From positions 1 through 62,071 of IMG/VR virus record IMGVR_UViG_3300037873_000013: a DNA stretch of 62,071 nt; one strand, given 5' to 3'. Below the pieces are notes generated by a model that saw only the letters and a list, made by a program, of their open reading frames with translations, did not search any database and was not told the DNA's origin. The position numbers and the translations under genes are program-made. Source of the stretch: a virus. Taxonomy: Duplodnaviria > Caudoviricetes. Below, piece by piece: positions 20,556-29,977 of the stretch; within the stretch, counting starts at the first letter, position 1; each line of letters begins with the position of its first letter.

Positions 20556-20821
20556 GCTTCACCGAGCAAGAGCTTGAGGTGATGCGCTCGGCCGCTGGCC
20601 TGGTCACGGCGGCGCTCTCCGAGCAGGCAGGCGACCCAGCCGTGACCAACCTCGATGACTTGATCTGGGACAGCGTGCACAACTGCCCACTCATGGCCAG
20701 CACGCTCGTGGGCTGGCTGGCAGCGTTCCTGCTGCAGTACGGAAAGCTAACCGGTCGTGGTGCTCTCGACGTCTGGCAAGGGTTCCTGGCCGATGCGGAA
20801 CGGCGCTGGGGGAGCGTGTAG
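20552..20821 (+). CDS. Hypothetical protein
   Basis: Overlapping start/stop coupling. Confidence 0.65.
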   Translation: MSFTEQELEVMRSAAGLVTAALSEQAGDPAVTNLDDLIWDSVHNCPLMASTLVGWLAAFLLQYGKLTGRGALDVWQGFLADAERRWGSV

Positions 20822-20872
20822 AGTTACCTACTCGAACGGGAGACGGATGAGACACGAGACGAAAGACGGCTG

Positions 20873-21688
20873 ATGTTCGAGACCTTCTCCATCTGCCTGC
20901 ATGCTCACTCGAAGGTAGGGAAATCGACCATCGGAGGCAGTGCGCTCTGGCCGAAATTGATCATCGACGCTGAGGGTTCGACGAAGTTCCTGCCCATGCG
21001 GTTCATATCCTGGGATCCGCACCGCTACAGCCCACCCATCCCCAATGGGACATGGGATGCATGCCGGGTCACGGTCCGACGCATCGAAGACCTGATCCGG
21101 GTCAACGAGGTGCTCCAAATGGGTCTCCACCCATTCGCCTCTATCACCGTCGACTCGATCTCCGAGATCCAACGCAAGCTCAAGGATGGGCTACGCGGCG
21201 TCAACGGCGAGACGGACTGGGACTTCTGGGAGAAGGTGCTTCACCAGATGGACTACTTGCTGCGCCAGATCCGGGACCTGCAGGACCACCCGACCAACCC
21301 AGTCCCGATGACGGTGTTCATCTCCGAAACCATGGTGGGTAAGAGTGGCAAGCTCGTGCCCAACATCCAGGGCAAGATGGGTGTGAACCTCCCCTATCTC
21401 TTCGATGTGATCGGGTACTACGAAGAGGCCATGCAGCCAGGCCCCGATGGGCAACCCCAGTTCGACCTTGCTACTGGAGCTTTCAAGACGCACCGGATCA
21501 TCCACATCAAGCAGGGTCCCCAATGGGAGGCTGGAGAACGTGTGCAAGGCCGGTTCGGGCACCACATCATCGTTCCCGAGATCGACATGATCAACAACCC
21601 TCAACCATCGACACTTCTCACGGATATGTACTTCCATCTCTATCCGCACATGAGACCGCAGACGCAACAAGGAGTTGTGTACCAATGA
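20873..21688 (+). CDS. AAA_24/Sak4-like ATPase (single-strand annealing)
   Basis: HAHSKVGKST Walker A variant, IIDAEGS, ITVDSISE; next to exonuclease and SSB. Confidence 0.8.
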   Translation: MFETFSICLHAHSKVGKSTIGGSALWPKLIIDAEGSTKFLPMRFISWDPHRYSPPIPNGTWDACRVTVRRIEDLIRVNEVLQMGLHPFASITVDSISEIQRKLKDGLRGVNGETDWDFWEKVLHQMDYLLRQIRDLQDHPTNPVPMTVFISETMVGKSGKLVPNIQGKMGVNLPYLFDVIGYYEEAMQPGPDGQPQFDLATGAFKTHRIIHIKQGPQWEAGERVQGRFGHHIIVPEIDMINNPQPSTLLTDMYFHLYPHMRPQTQQGVVYQ

Positions 21689-22581
21689 CAACCATCGATT
21701 GGGCCGGAATGATGGCCAACTCTCAGAAGATCGGTGAGCCGATCCCTGAGGGTGACTACCCGGCCGTCTGCGAAGACGCCAGCTTCACGCAGTCCAGGGC
21801 CGGAGAGCCGCAGTGGAAGATCACGTGGAAGATCGTCGGTGGCGCCCACAACAACCGGCGCGTGCTCGACAGCCAGACCCTGGCCACAGCTCCTGACGAG
21901 AAGGGCGCCCAGCGACGCGGGTTCTTCTTCCGTGACATGAAGTCGCTCGGGATGGACGACTCCTTCTTCGCCCAGATGCCTCCCGGCGAGCTGGTCGCTC
22001 AGCGGATCGTCGGTCTACAGGCGATGCTGACCGTGACCATCAACGCCAACGGCTACAACAACGTTCGTGGCTACCAGGTGGTTGGGCAGGCTGCCCAACA
22101 GCCTCAGCAGGCGATGCAGCCCCAGGGGTTCCAGCCCCAGCAGGCAGCTCAGCAGCCGATGCAGGCTCAGCCTCAGGCGGGCTTCCCCCAGCAACAGCAG
22201 CAGTTCCAGCCGGCTGCAGCTGCTCCTCAGCCCCAGCCGATGCAGCAGCCCCAGCAGTACCCCCAGCAGGGCTTCCAGCAGCCGCAACAGCAGCAGTTCG
22301 GTCAGCCTCAGCAGCAGGGCTTCCCGCAAGCACAGCCCCAGCCGGGCTTCCCCCAGGATCCGACGAACGTGACCCAGACGGCTGGCTACCAGCAGTTGGG
22401 TGGGCCCCAGCCCCAGCAGCAGGGCTTCCCCCAGGCTCAGGCGCCCGCTCAGCAGCCTGTTCAGGGCGTCCAAGGCCCGATGCCGCCCCAGGGCTTCCAG
22501 CAGCCCCAGGAGCCGGCTCAGGACCCCAACCAGCCCCAGCAGAACGGTCAGTTCACGCCCCAGCCTCAGGCGCCCTTTTGA
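21685..22581 (+). CDS. DUF669-like ssDNA-binding protein with long Gln/Pro tail
   Basis: PIPEGDY...SRAGEPQW OB-fold pattern; ~165 aa Q/P-rich tail ending PF. Confidence 0.75.
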   Translation: MTTIDWAGMMANSQKIGEPIPEGDYPAVCEDASFTQSRAGEPQWKITWKIVGGAHNNRRVLDSQTLATAPDEKGAQRRGFFFRDMKSLGMDDSFFAQMPPGELVAQRIVGLQAMLTVTINANGYNNVRGYQVVGQAAQQPQQAMQPQGFQPQQAAQQPMQAQPQAGFPQQQQQFQPAAAAPQPQPMQQPQQYPQQGFQQPQQQQFGQPQQQGFPQAQPQPGFPQDPTNVTQTAGYQQLGGPQPQQQGFPQAQAPAQQPVQGVQGPMPPQGFQQPQEPAQDPNQPQQNGQFTPQPQAPF

Positions 22582-22799
22582 CCGCTGAGGTGTTGCCGAT
22601 GGGGGAGCCGGGCGGAGATCGCCCGGTTTCCTCCACCGTGCGAGACAGCGTCGAGCTTCCCTGTGGCTGTCAGGTACTGCCTGAGCACGAGATCGGTGCG
22701 CGAGCTGTCTCCTGTGCTCACGGGAGGTGGTCGTTGACCGTGCGCAGAGAGGTGATCATCCACTACGACGTCGCGTCTTGCCCTACCCCTATCGAGTGA
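22578..22799 (+). CDS. Small hypothetical protein
   Basis: Fills the gap; LPCGC motif. Confidence 0.5.
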   Translation: MTAEVLPMGEPGGDRPVSSTVRDSVELPCGCQVLPEHEIGARAVSCAHGRWSLTVRREVIIHYDVASCPTPIE

Positions 22800-22813
22800 A
22801 GTAGGTTACTTGA

Positions 22814-23308
22814 ATGCAGGCTCCATCCATACAGACGCCTAGCGTCGAGGTAGCTCTCAGGTCGGCAGGGCATGCAGGGTTGACCATCAAAGAGCTGATG
22901 GATGCGACGGGGCTCTCCGAGACCACCACCAGGCGCAAGGTTGCCGAACTGAAGGTAGCTGGTCAGCTGCACAAGGCTCCGAGCATGGATGGTGCCAAGC
23001 ACTACTGGGGCCCGAGACCTGATGGACGGAGAGCTGTCCCGGTGACCCAGAACGCTGAGGAGGTCGCTCCGAGACGGCGCGAGGCCTACGAGCGCGACAT
23101 GAAGGTGCTGGAGGTGCTCAGGGTCAACGAGCGCATCAGCTGCAACGAGATCGCCCGGATCCTGAACATGCCGGACATCGATGACGATGGCTGGAGCCAG
23201 CTGGCCTACCTGAGTCTCAGACGGCTGCGCAAGAAGGGCTTCACACAACGAGAGATCGTCTGGGAGTACACCGGGCCCAAGGAGGATCTTGACCAGATCG
23301 AAGCGTGA
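22814..23308 (+). CDS. Tandem winged-HTH DNA-binding protein (candidate operator-binding regulator)
   Basis: LTIKELMDATGLSETTTRRKVAEL and ISCNEIARIL...LRRLRKKG; operator 22797-22813 abuts the ATG. Confidence 0.7.
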   Translation: MQAPSIQTPSVEVALRSAGHAGLTIKELMDATGLSETTTRRKVAELKVAGQLHKAPSMDGAKHYWGPRPDGRRAVPVTQNAEEVAPRRREAYERDMKVLEVLRVNERISCNEIARILNMPDIDDDGWSQLAYLSLRRLRKKGFTQREIVWEYTGPKEDLDQIEA

Positions 23309-23316
23309 TGGATGAG

Positions 23317-23350
23317 GAAGCCGGGCCAACAGCCGCTGGTCCGGCTTCTT
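23317..23350 (+). terminator. Terminator hairpin
   Basis: gaagccgggcca / tggtccggcttc followed by tt. Confidence 0.65.
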
Positions 23351-23362
23351 CGCGTTCAGGGG

Positions 23363-23408
23363 TTGACAGTGGCGGCGTTGTTCAAGTAAGTTGTTCGTAT
23401 GACGAGCA
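23363..23408 (+). promoter_or_regulatory. TTGACA-N18-TAAGTT promoter + leaderless ATGACGAGCA start
   Basis: -35 23363, -10 23387, ATG 23399; degenerate operator 23382-23398. Confidence 0.7.
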
Positions 23409-23614
23409 ACGAGAACATCCATCGGGGGAGCCTGACCGAGAAGTACCAGCAGGGGTATAACCACGCTTGCGCCTTCGTCGCAGCCCAGCCGCCCGCTGAC
23501 CAGCAGGGGCGTTGGCTCTATCTGAACGGCTACACCGATGGTGCCAAGAGCGACCAGGTGCAGAAGGCGGTCAAGGCTCTGCAGACCTGCTCGGGTAACG
23601 GTGAGTGGGTGTGA
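23399..23614 (+). CDS. Small early protein (MTSNEN...)
   Basis: Conserved start cassette. Confidence 0.7.
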   Translation: MTSNENIHRGSLTEKYQQGYNHACAFVAAQPPADQQGRWLYLNGYTDGAKSDQVQKAVKALQTCSGNGEWV

Positions 23615-23877
23615 GTTTGCCCGAGGCCATTCAAGACCACGCTCGAAGCATGGGCCTCTCGCTCAAACTGGGTGTGGTCCTGATCGTCCAGACCAAGACC
23701 GAGGGCGGAGCCTGGGAATGGGTCGAGACCGAGCCCTACAGCGATGAGCGAGTCATCGAGCTGCGCGACGAAGGCGCTCATGCTCTGGCTCTGCGGATCG
23801 GCAGCCGACGTGGGCCCATTGCAGACTTCGAGATCTCGGAACTGCTCGACTCGCAAACGGAAGTGAGGATCTTCTGA
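23611..23877 (+). CDS. Hypothetical protein
   Basis: GTGA coupling. Confidence 0.6.
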   Translation: MSLPEAIQDHARSMGLSLKLGVVLIVQTKTEGGAWEWVETEPYSDERVIELRDEGAHALALRIGSRRGPIADFEISELLDSQTEVRIF

Positions 23878-24134
23878 TGACCACCTTCGATGCCAGTACG
23901 GATCCGTTCGAGAGCGACGATGAGTGGTATTCCGAACAGGTCATGCGTCGGGACTGGGAGCGTGGTGTGTTCGAACGAGCTGATGCTGAGGATCGTGCGA
24001 AGGTTCAGGCTTTCCGAGACAACGAGCGATTTCAGGATGCGATCTATCAGCAAGACTTCGACTGGCCGGCTCCCGACGATGAGCGTCGAGTGTCGCAGTT
24101 CGACACGGCGGAAGAGGACAGGGGCGAGCGATGA
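23877..24134 (+). CDS. Acidic hypothetical protein
   Basis: TGATG coupling; very D/E-rich. Confidence 0.65.
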   Translation: MTTFDASTDPFESDDEWYSEQVMRRDWERGVFERADAEDRAKVQAFRDNERFQDAIYQQDFDWPAPDDERRVSQFDTAEEDRGER

Positions 24135-24550
24135 GCGAGTACCCGGAGCACGAGAAGGCTCGACAGGCCCGTGAAACTGGGCATTCTGACGAGATCGGTC
24201 AGTTCATCGAGTGGCTACGTTCAGAGCGCAAGCTCGTGATCGCTCGGTGGGAGGACAAGACTCCCTGTCAAGCCAAGCGTGAGTACCCGATGAAGCGTGC
24301 TTGGAAGTGTGTCGATGGACAGCTGATCGCTGGTGAGCACAACATCTATCACCAGCCTGGCAGTGTCATCGAAACGTGCCCTGATTGCGAAGGTTCTGGC
24401 CTAGTTGATCGGATGGTGCCGATCCTCGTTCGAGCTGGACTGACCATCGAACAGCTGCTCGCCGCTTATTTCGAGATCGATCTTGACAAGCTGGCTGCCG
24501 AGAAAGATCAGATCCTCGAAGACTTCCGACAGGCAGGGTCGAACAAGTAG
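24131..24550 (+). CDS. Hypothetical protein (CPDCEGSG zinc motif)
   Basis: ATGA coupling. Confidence 0.7.
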   Translation: MSEYPEHEKARQARETGHSDEIGQFIEWLRSERKLVIARWEDKTPCQAKREYPMKRAWKCVDGQLIAGEHNIYHQPGSVIETCPDCEGSGLVDRMVPILVRAGLTIEQLLAAYFEIDLDKLAAEKDQILEDFRQAGSNK

Positions 24551-24551
24551 C

Positions 24552-24596
24552 TTGACGAACGGCGCCACCTGTGCGATGATGCAGGCATGACGAGCA
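24552..24596 (+). promoter_or_regulatory. TTGACG-N17-GATGAT promoter + leaderless ATGACGAGCA start
   Basis: -35 24552, -10 24575, ATG 24587. Confidence 0.65.
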
Positions 24597-24982
24597 CACA
24601 AACCAGCCGCAAGCCCCGCACAGAGCGCATCCCGGACGAGTTCGCAGGGCACGGAGCCGTGCGCCAGGGTGGCTCGCTGCCGGTCTACCGCTGCACCACC
24701 TGCAAGCGTGAGGTGGTCTGGGCCACCAGCCGCAAGACCAGTGGCAAGTATCTGGTCAACGTGAGGACCGGCTACAACTTCCAGCGCTTCTACCAGGGCA
24801 ACGACCTGCACAAGTGCGAAGAGTTCACCGAGAAGGACCAGCGAGCCCTGGCCATGGCGCACAACGAGCGGGTTGGCAACGAGATGCTCACCCGAGTGCA
24901 GGCGCTGCGTGAGGCTGGAGCTTCGAAGGAAGAGATCGTCAGTGTTCTGAACGAGTACGACAACCAGTGGATGGAGGTCTAG
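24587..24982 (+). CDS. Early protein (MTSTQT...; CxxC...HxC zinc motif)
   Basis: Conserved start cassette; CTTC...LHKC. Confidence 0.75.
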   Translation: MTSTQTSRKPRTERIPDEFAGHGAVRQGGSLPVYRCTTCKREVVWATSRKTSGKYLVNVRTGYNFQRFYQGNDLHKCEEFTEKDQRALAMAHNERVGNEMLTRVQALREAGASKEEIVSVLNEYDNQWMEV

Positions 24983-24985
24983 GAC

Positions 24986-25240
24986 ATGGGTGACAACATC
25001 AAGCCGGGTACGCGGGTTCGAGTCGGTGGCACCAACAAGGGAGCCACCGTCATCGAGCCCTTGGCCGACCAGTTCCCGTGGTGCGAGCGCATCCAGTTCG
25101 ACAACGGTGATGTGGCGATCCCGCGTCGAGAGTCGCTGACCGTGGTCAAAGAGCGCAAGAAGGCAGCTCCCAAGCCGGCTGGTCAGCCCGAGACGGTTCC
25201 TGCTGTCGAGCCTGACGCACAGCAGGAGATGGAGTGGTGA
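24986..25240 (+). CDS. Small SH3/KOW-like protein
   Basis: IKPGTRVRV...GATV...IQFDNG beta pattern. Confidence 0.6.
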   Translation: MGDNIKPGTRVRVGGTNKGATVIEPLADQFPWCERIQFDNGDVAIPRRESLTVVKERKKAAPKPAGQPETVPAVEPDAQQEMEW

Positions 25241-25902
25241 ATCGCTCTCGTTGGGTCCTGCTGGCCGTCCTGGTGGCCATGGCCGCGTGTGTCGGCTGCT
25301 ACCCCCAGCCGGCTGCCTGGAAGCCCTGGGCGCCCATACCGACCGCTGAGAGCCGTCGGGTGGTGCTCTTCGGGGACTCGCTCGGAGCCATGGCCGAGAG
25401 CACGGTGATGGGGCCCGGCCACGCTGCAGATCGGGAAGGCGAGTCGTGGTCGTACAACGCCATCGGCGCCACGAGAGTGCAGCACTGGCTGGAGCCCATG
25501 GCTGGGGTCACGAGCGAAGACACGGTGGTCTTCGAGTTGGGCACCAACAACGTCTCGCTCGAAGCCATCAACACAGGAGAGCTGTCGGCCAACCTTCATG
25601 CCGGATTCGAAGAGCTGCGGGATGCCCAGTGCGTCGTGGCTCTGACGTTGAACACCACGGGAGGGGATCTCCGAGGTTCTCCCTACGGCACCCGCACTCG
25701 CTGGGTGAACACAGAGCTGCGACGGCTGGTGGCAGAAGGCGTCTACCCTAACCTGGTGTTGCTCGAATGGGATCAGATCTCTGCCGGGCGCGTCGACTGG
25801 CTCGTGAATCCTGTGCCCGGTGGTGACTACGTGCACTACAACACAGCTGGCAACGTGGCATTTGCCGAGCAGATCGCCAGTGCTCCGGGGCTGTGCCCAT
25901 GA
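25237..25902 (+). CDS. SGNH/GDSL hydrolase, predicted lipoprotein
   Basis: Signal peptide with Cys (AMAACVGC); GDSLG, GTNN, DYVHY blocks. Confidence 0.85.
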   Translation: MNRSRWVLLAVLVAMAACVGCYPQPAAWKPWAPIPTAESRRVVLFGDSLGAMAESTVMGPGHAADREGESWSYNAIGATRVQHWLEPMAGVTSEDTVVFELGTNNVSLEAINTGELSANLHAGFEELRDAQCVVALTLNTTGGDLRGSPYGTRTRWVNTELRRLVAEGVYPNLVLLEWDQISAGRVDWLVNPVPGGDYVHYNTAGNVAFAEQIASAPGLCP

Positions 25903-26126
25903 GGCCGGACACCAACGCACGATGCCCGGCCTGCCAGGGTGGCAAGAAGGTGCTCGTTGCTGTCGGTACGTCGACCACAGCAGGGCACACGGCAGTCGGT
26001 CGCAGGATCGTCGACTGTGCCACGTGCGACGACGGAACGGGTCCCACAGGCCTCGCTCTCGTGCCTGGACGACCCAGCGGGCGCCAGGTCGTGGCCAGGC
26101 TCTTCCGGAAGCTGGGGAGCCACTGA
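25899..26126 (+). CDS. Small zinc-finger protein (CPACQG...CATCDDG)
   Basis: Two CxxC motifs; ATGA coupling. Confidence 0.55.
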   Translation: MRPDTNARCPACQGGKKVLVAVGTSTTAGHTAVGRRIVDCATCDDGTGPTGLALVPGRPSGRQVVARLFRKLGSH

Positions 26127-26127
26127 G

Positions 26128-26391
26128 ATGCTCGTGACGGACCTTGAGCTGACACCCTGGTGCCCGGTGCACGTCGTTCCGTTGCAGGTCAGGGGCTGGG
26201 TTACGACAGAACAACCACAGCTCAGATACGAGAAGCAGAAAGGCGTCTGGTTTCTCGATTTGAACGGGATGCAGTGCCCAAAGGCTGTGGTCCAGAGCAA
26301 TTGCATCAATCGATGGATCGCAGACGTTCGATTAGACGAGATCACGCCTGAGCAAGCTCGGGCCCGGATGGAAACGAGACCGAGACAATGA
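26128..26391 (+). CDS. Hypothetical protein
   Basis: ATG right after the upstream stop. Confidence 0.55.
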   Translation: MLVTDLELTPWCPVHVVPLQVRGWVTTEQPQLRYEKQKGVWFLDLNGMQCPKAVVQSNCINRWIADVRLDEITPEQARARMETRPRQ

Positions 26392-26744
26392 CGATTCGAC
26401 ACAAGATTCGCACTGGTCGAGACGTGGACCAGAACATCTACATGCAGGCTGGTGACGAGCCCAGGAAGGGTGATCTCGTCATCGGTCACATCTGCCATGC
26501 CGAGACGGCTCACGACGTGGTCAATGATGTCAACGCCATGGTCGAACGGCGCAAGGAAGATCCGCTCTTCCCGAAGCAGGGTGGGGTTGAACTGCGCGAG
26601 TTCGCCAGCAAGCTGCTTCGAGCTGCGCACTGGTCAACCGAGCAGAGCGACCCAGCCCCCGACTGGGACGGCTTGCTACGTGAAGCCAGCACGGTGATCG
26701 AGCTGTTCAGCTGGCACGTCGACAACGAGGGACGTGTGATCTGA
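26388..26744 (+). CDS. Hypothetical protein
   Basis: ATGA coupling. Confidence 0.65.
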   Translation: MTIRHKIRTGRDVDQNIYMQAGDEPRKGDLVIGHICHAETAHDVVNDVNAMVERRKEDPLFPKQGGVELREFASKLLRAAHWSTEQSDPAPDWDGLLREASTVIELFSWHVDNEGRVI

Positions 26745-26745
26745 C

Positions 26746-27141
26746 ATGGGGGATTGGAGAGACCGGGCGGCATGCGGTTCTCTGCCTCCCGAAGACGCTT
26801 CCCGACTGTTCTACCCAGACGGTGCTTCTTTGAAGTATCAAGACGACATCGATGCGAGCAAGGCGATCTGTGCTGGCTGCCCTGTTCGTGTCGAGTGTCT
26901 CGTCTATGCAACCATCCGTAAAGAAGAGCACGGAACCTGGGGAGGCCTGACAGAATGGGATCGCAGGGGAGGAAGAAGAAAGAACGGGATCAAGAATCGA
27001 ACCACATACACCAAGATCTGTGAGTACTGCAATAACGAGTACGAGACCACTCAGACAGTGCAGAAGACATGCGGTCGACGGTGCTCATCTCTACTGCAAT
27101 CCCGTGAACGTGCTCTAGTGAGAGAAGAGGTGGCATCATGA
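26746..27141 (+). CDS. whiB: WhiB-family transcription factor with C-terminal zinc-ribbon extension
   Basis: WRDRAAC...LFYP...AKAICAGCPVRVECL...GTWGGLTE. Confidence 0.92.
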   Translation: MGDWRDRAACGSLPPEDASRLFYPDGASLKYQDDIDASKAICAGCPVRVECLVYATIRKEEHGTWGGLTEWDRRGGRRKNGIKNRTTYTKICEYCNNEYETTQTVQKTCGRRCSSLLQSRERALVREEVAS

Positions 27142-27437
27142 TGGGTGGCGGCACCCGACACGACACCGGGACCGAGCGACGCCGGCCACAAGCGATCGTG
27201 GATGTCGAGACGGACCTGACCCGCCTGGCCATCGGCGTGTGCGACCGGCTCGTGAAGGTCGCTCTCGACGAACGCCGAGGACTGCTCGCCGACGGCTGGC
27301 CACCGGGTCACTCGTTGTGCGAGGGGCTCGACCAGGTGGCGCTGCGTTGGTCAGGTGAAGGCGACCACCAGCGCCGTGCGTTGCGCAAGCTGCTGGCCGA
27401 GGCTGGCATCCAAGAGGAGGTCCCCGATCGTGGCTGA
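27138..27437 (+). CDS. Hypothetical protein
   Basis: Coupled ORF. Confidence 0.6.
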   Translation: MMGGGTRHDTGTERRRPQAIVDVETDLTRLAIGVCDRLVKVALDERRGLLADGWPPGHSLCEGLDQVALRWSGEGDHQRRALRKLLAEAGIQEEVPDRG

Positions 27438-27756
27438 TTCCTCCACCGGCGCCCGGGTCGACATCACCGAACTGCGACGCCTCCACACAGCGTCGACCAG
27501 GAGCGCCACCAACTACGCCGAGGCGCTCCAAACCGATCAGGCAGCGCAAGAGCTACGGGTGCTGTTCAAGCAGGAGCTGCCGTCGCTGCTCGACGAGCTG
27601 GCCGCCTCCCGCCAGGCCACCCACGAGGTCACCGAAGCCGCACGAGCACTGCTCGCCGCGATCGAAGACGAGTGGCCCGGCCTCAGCAAGCGCAGCAACT
27701 GGCTCGGCTCCCGCGTCGGGGTGCTCCGTGCCGCTCTGGGGGCCAACGATGGCTGA
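27430..27756 (+). CDS. Hypothetical protein
   Basis: GGAGG RBS, GTG start. Confidence 0.6.
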   Translation: MADSSTGARVDITELRRLHTASTRSATNYAEALQTDQAAQELRVLFKQELPSLLDELAASRQATHEVTEAARALLAAIEDEWPGLSKRSNWLGSRVGVLRAALGANDG

Positions 27757-28081
27757 CCCCGACCTGCGCACCGCCGCCCAGGCGCTGCTCGACGCCACGT
27801 GCCCCGTCCGCGGGATCTGTCCGCTGTGCTCCACCGGCGGGTTCGCTCATGCTGACGGCTGCGAGTGGAAAGCCCTGCGTGCTGCTTTGGCCGCGGCCAC
27901 CGAGCCGCCGCTCCGGCTGAACGCTGGCGAGCGGATGACCGTCGCAGCGTTGCTCGAACGGGTCGACGCCTGGGTCGAATCGGTCGAAGGCACGCCTGCG
28001 CCGTGGGCGCTGGTGGGCGACATGGCCGATTTTCTCCGCCGTCTCGCTGCCCACCCACGGAGGGACACGACCGATGGATGA
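27749..28081 (+). CDS. Hypothetical protein (CPLC...HADGC)
   Basis: Coupled ORF. Confidence 0.6.
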   Translation: MADPDLRTAAQALLDATCPVRGICPLCSTGGFAHADGCEWKALRAALAAATEPPLRLNAGERMTVAALLERVDAWVESVEGTPAPWALVGDMADFLRRLAAHPRRDTTDG

Positions 28082-28202
28082 AGCGAACGTGCTCATCCTG
28101 CTCGCCAACCTCGGAGTGCTGGCGCTCAACCTCAAGCTCTACACCGAGTACTTCAAGAACGAGGCCCAGAACGGCCGCAGGAAGGGCACGTCCGATGGCT
28201 GA
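28074..28202 (+). CDS. Small membrane peptide (42 aa)
   Basis: Manual translation MDEANVLILLANLGVLALNLKLY... Confidence 0.55.
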   Translation: MDEANVLILLANLGVLALNLKLYTEYFKNEAQNGRRKGTSDG

Positions 28203-28611
28203 GCCCGACGGTCGACCGCACGCCGTCTCGCTGCCGAGCTTGAGCGTCTGCGGGCTGCGGCGCCAGCCAGCCAGCGAAGACGACTGGGTGCACATCGCCG
28301 ACTGGGACCCGTCGAGGGACGTGTTCTTCAGCATCGGAGAGGATCTGTCGCCCGCTGGCCGAGTTGGCATGACGCCCGTCTACTACCGGCGTGCCGCGGC
28401 GGGTTCACCAACACCCGCACCCACACGCCAGCAGGTACGAGAAGGTAGGTGGGTTAACGATCAAGCTGAGGGCGAAGAGTCAACCATCTGGTGGGAGTTT
28501 GGTGCCGGTGAAGCGATGGAACCTGAACAGGCTCTCCGTAATCATGCCGATAATCAACAGTTCGAAGCTGCTTATCGTGCCCTAGTGGCGTTGATCAATG
28601 GAGATCTGTGA
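28195..28611 (+). CDS. Hypothetical protein
   Basis: Coupled ORF. Confidence 0.55.
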   Translation: MAEPDGRPHAVSLPSLSVCGLRRQPASEDDWVHIADWDPSRDVFFSIGEDLSPAGRVGMTPVYYRRAAAGSPTPAPTRQQVREGRWVNDQAEGEESTIWWEFGAGEAMEPEQALRNHADNQQFEAAYRALVALINGDL

Positions 28612-28790
28612 TGAGCTTTCAAGCTGCGTTTGTTCGATGGTTGGCGATACAGGTCAACGAAGAGATCCAGGCTCGGGATAAGGAGATCGAGAAGCTCAAG
28701 ACGGCACTAGTGGGAGCACAGGAAGAGAATCGAGCACTCTGGGGAATCATCGAACGGCACCGTGATGTGATCAGTCAGGATCTACTCTGA
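28608..28790 (+). CDS. Small coiled-coil protein
   Basis: Coupled ORF. Confidence 0.6.
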   Translation: MMSFQAAFVRWLAIQVNEEIQARDKEIEKLKTALVGAQEENRALWGIIERHRDVISQDLL

Positions 28791-29281
28791 TGGGCTGGGC
28801 CTACGGCAAGAGCTGGGATGATCGAGAGATCGGCTACTCGGTTGAAGCTGTCTGCGACGAAGAAGGTTGCGAGACGGAGATTGATCGAGGGCTCGCGTAC
28901 CTGTGTGGTGATCTCGACCAGGTCTTGAGCAACAACGGCTATGGGTGTGGGAAGTACTTCTGTGGATCGCACCTGTTCTTCTGGTCGCCAGGACATGACA
29001 TCAAGGGTGTGTCACTCTGCGACGACTGTCAGAAGATCCACGGTACGGTTGTCATAGAAGAGTTCACGATGCTGGGTGGCAAGGTGGGCAAGCGGGCTGA
29101 GTGCCCGGTTTGTGCGGATGAAGTAGAGAAGATAACCCAGCCCGAGGCTGACCCTGGTATCGAACTCTACGACGGTAATGTCTTCACACCTTCAGACTTG
29201 AACGCTGAGTACGACCTGCACCCATGCGGCCACAAAGTTGACACCATCAAGCTGAAGACCCTGGGGCAGAGCGATGGGTGA
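28790..29281 (+). CDS. Cys-rich hypothetical protein
   Basis: GYSVEAVCD..GC..IDRGLAYLCG...GCGKYFC..H. Confidence 0.7.
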   Translation: MGWAYGKSWDDREIGYSVEAVCDEEGCETEIDRGLAYLCGDLDQVLSNNGYGCGKYFCGSHLFFWSPGHDIKGVSLCDDCQKIHGTVVIEEFTMLGGKVGKRAECPVCADEVEKITQPEADPGIELYDGNVFTPSDLNAEYDLHPCGHKVDTIKLKTLGQSDG

Positions 29282-29786
29282 CCGGTACCGGTTGCTGGTC
29301 ACGGGCAGTCGATCGTTGCTGACCTGGCGTCCTGTGTACCAGTCGCTGGGGGGCTGGCAGATGTTCCTGGGCACGACACAGCTCGTGGTGGTCCACGGAG
29401 ACGCTCGCCAGGGTGTGGATGCGTATGCTCGGCAGTTCGTCGAGTGGTGCCGCTCACACGGATACAACGTCGATCAGGAGCCGTACCCGGCGGACTGGGA
29501 CGGGCCCTGCGACTTCGAGAGCGGGATGTGCCAGCCTGGGCACAGGCGATCGAGTCGATTCGGGTCTAGCCCGGACTACTGCCCGACGGCCGGCCACAGG
29601 CGCAACGAGGCGATGGTTCGAACCATGCCGATCTCGTATGTGGCGATCACGGATCGTCCATTGAAAGAGAGCAAAGGCACACACGACTGTGTGAAGAGAG
29701 CGGATGCAGCAAGCATCCCAGGTGAGCGGCTGGAGCTGCATCTACCGGCTGGTGTGACGGAGATGCGGTTTGATACTCCGAATTGA
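29274..29786 (+). CDS. SLOG/DUF2493 (YspA-like) protein
   Basis: LLVTGSR, VVVHGDA..GVD, PADW, AG.RRN..M, SKGT.DC. Confidence 0.8.
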   Translation: MGDRYRLLVTGSRSLLTWRPVYQSLGGWQMFLGTTQLVVVHGDARQGVDAYARQFVEWCRSHGYNVDQEPYPADWDGPCDFESGMCQPGHRRSSRFGSSPDYCPTAGHRRNEAMVRTMPISYVAITDRPLKESKGTHDCVKRADAASIPGERLELHLPAGVTEMRFDTPN

Positions 29787-29800
29787 GAGGAGGTGAAACC

Positions 29801-29977
29801 ATGTGGAAGACGAGCAGCTTCTGTCGTACTGACTCAGGCGGCTGGGCTGATTGTGTCGAGACGCTTCGACACGAAGACGGCATCACGCTGCGCGACACCT
29901 CCGGTGATACGGTCACGTACTTGGAGGATGAGTGGCAAGCCTTCATCAAGGGTGTGAAGGCTGGCGAATTCGACTGA
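29801..29977 (+). CDS. DUF397-like protein
   Basis: WKTSSFC...CVE...LRDT...EWQAFIKGVKAGEFD. Confidence 0.8.
   Translation: MWKTSSFCRTDSGGWADCVETLRHEDGITLRDTSGDTVTYLEDEWQAFIKGVKAGEFD

Noticed and set aside
22080-22578. CRISPR array or DNA tandem repeat
   Set aside because: The repeats are imperfect codon-level CAG/CCC runs in an open frame, with no repeat-spacer structure.
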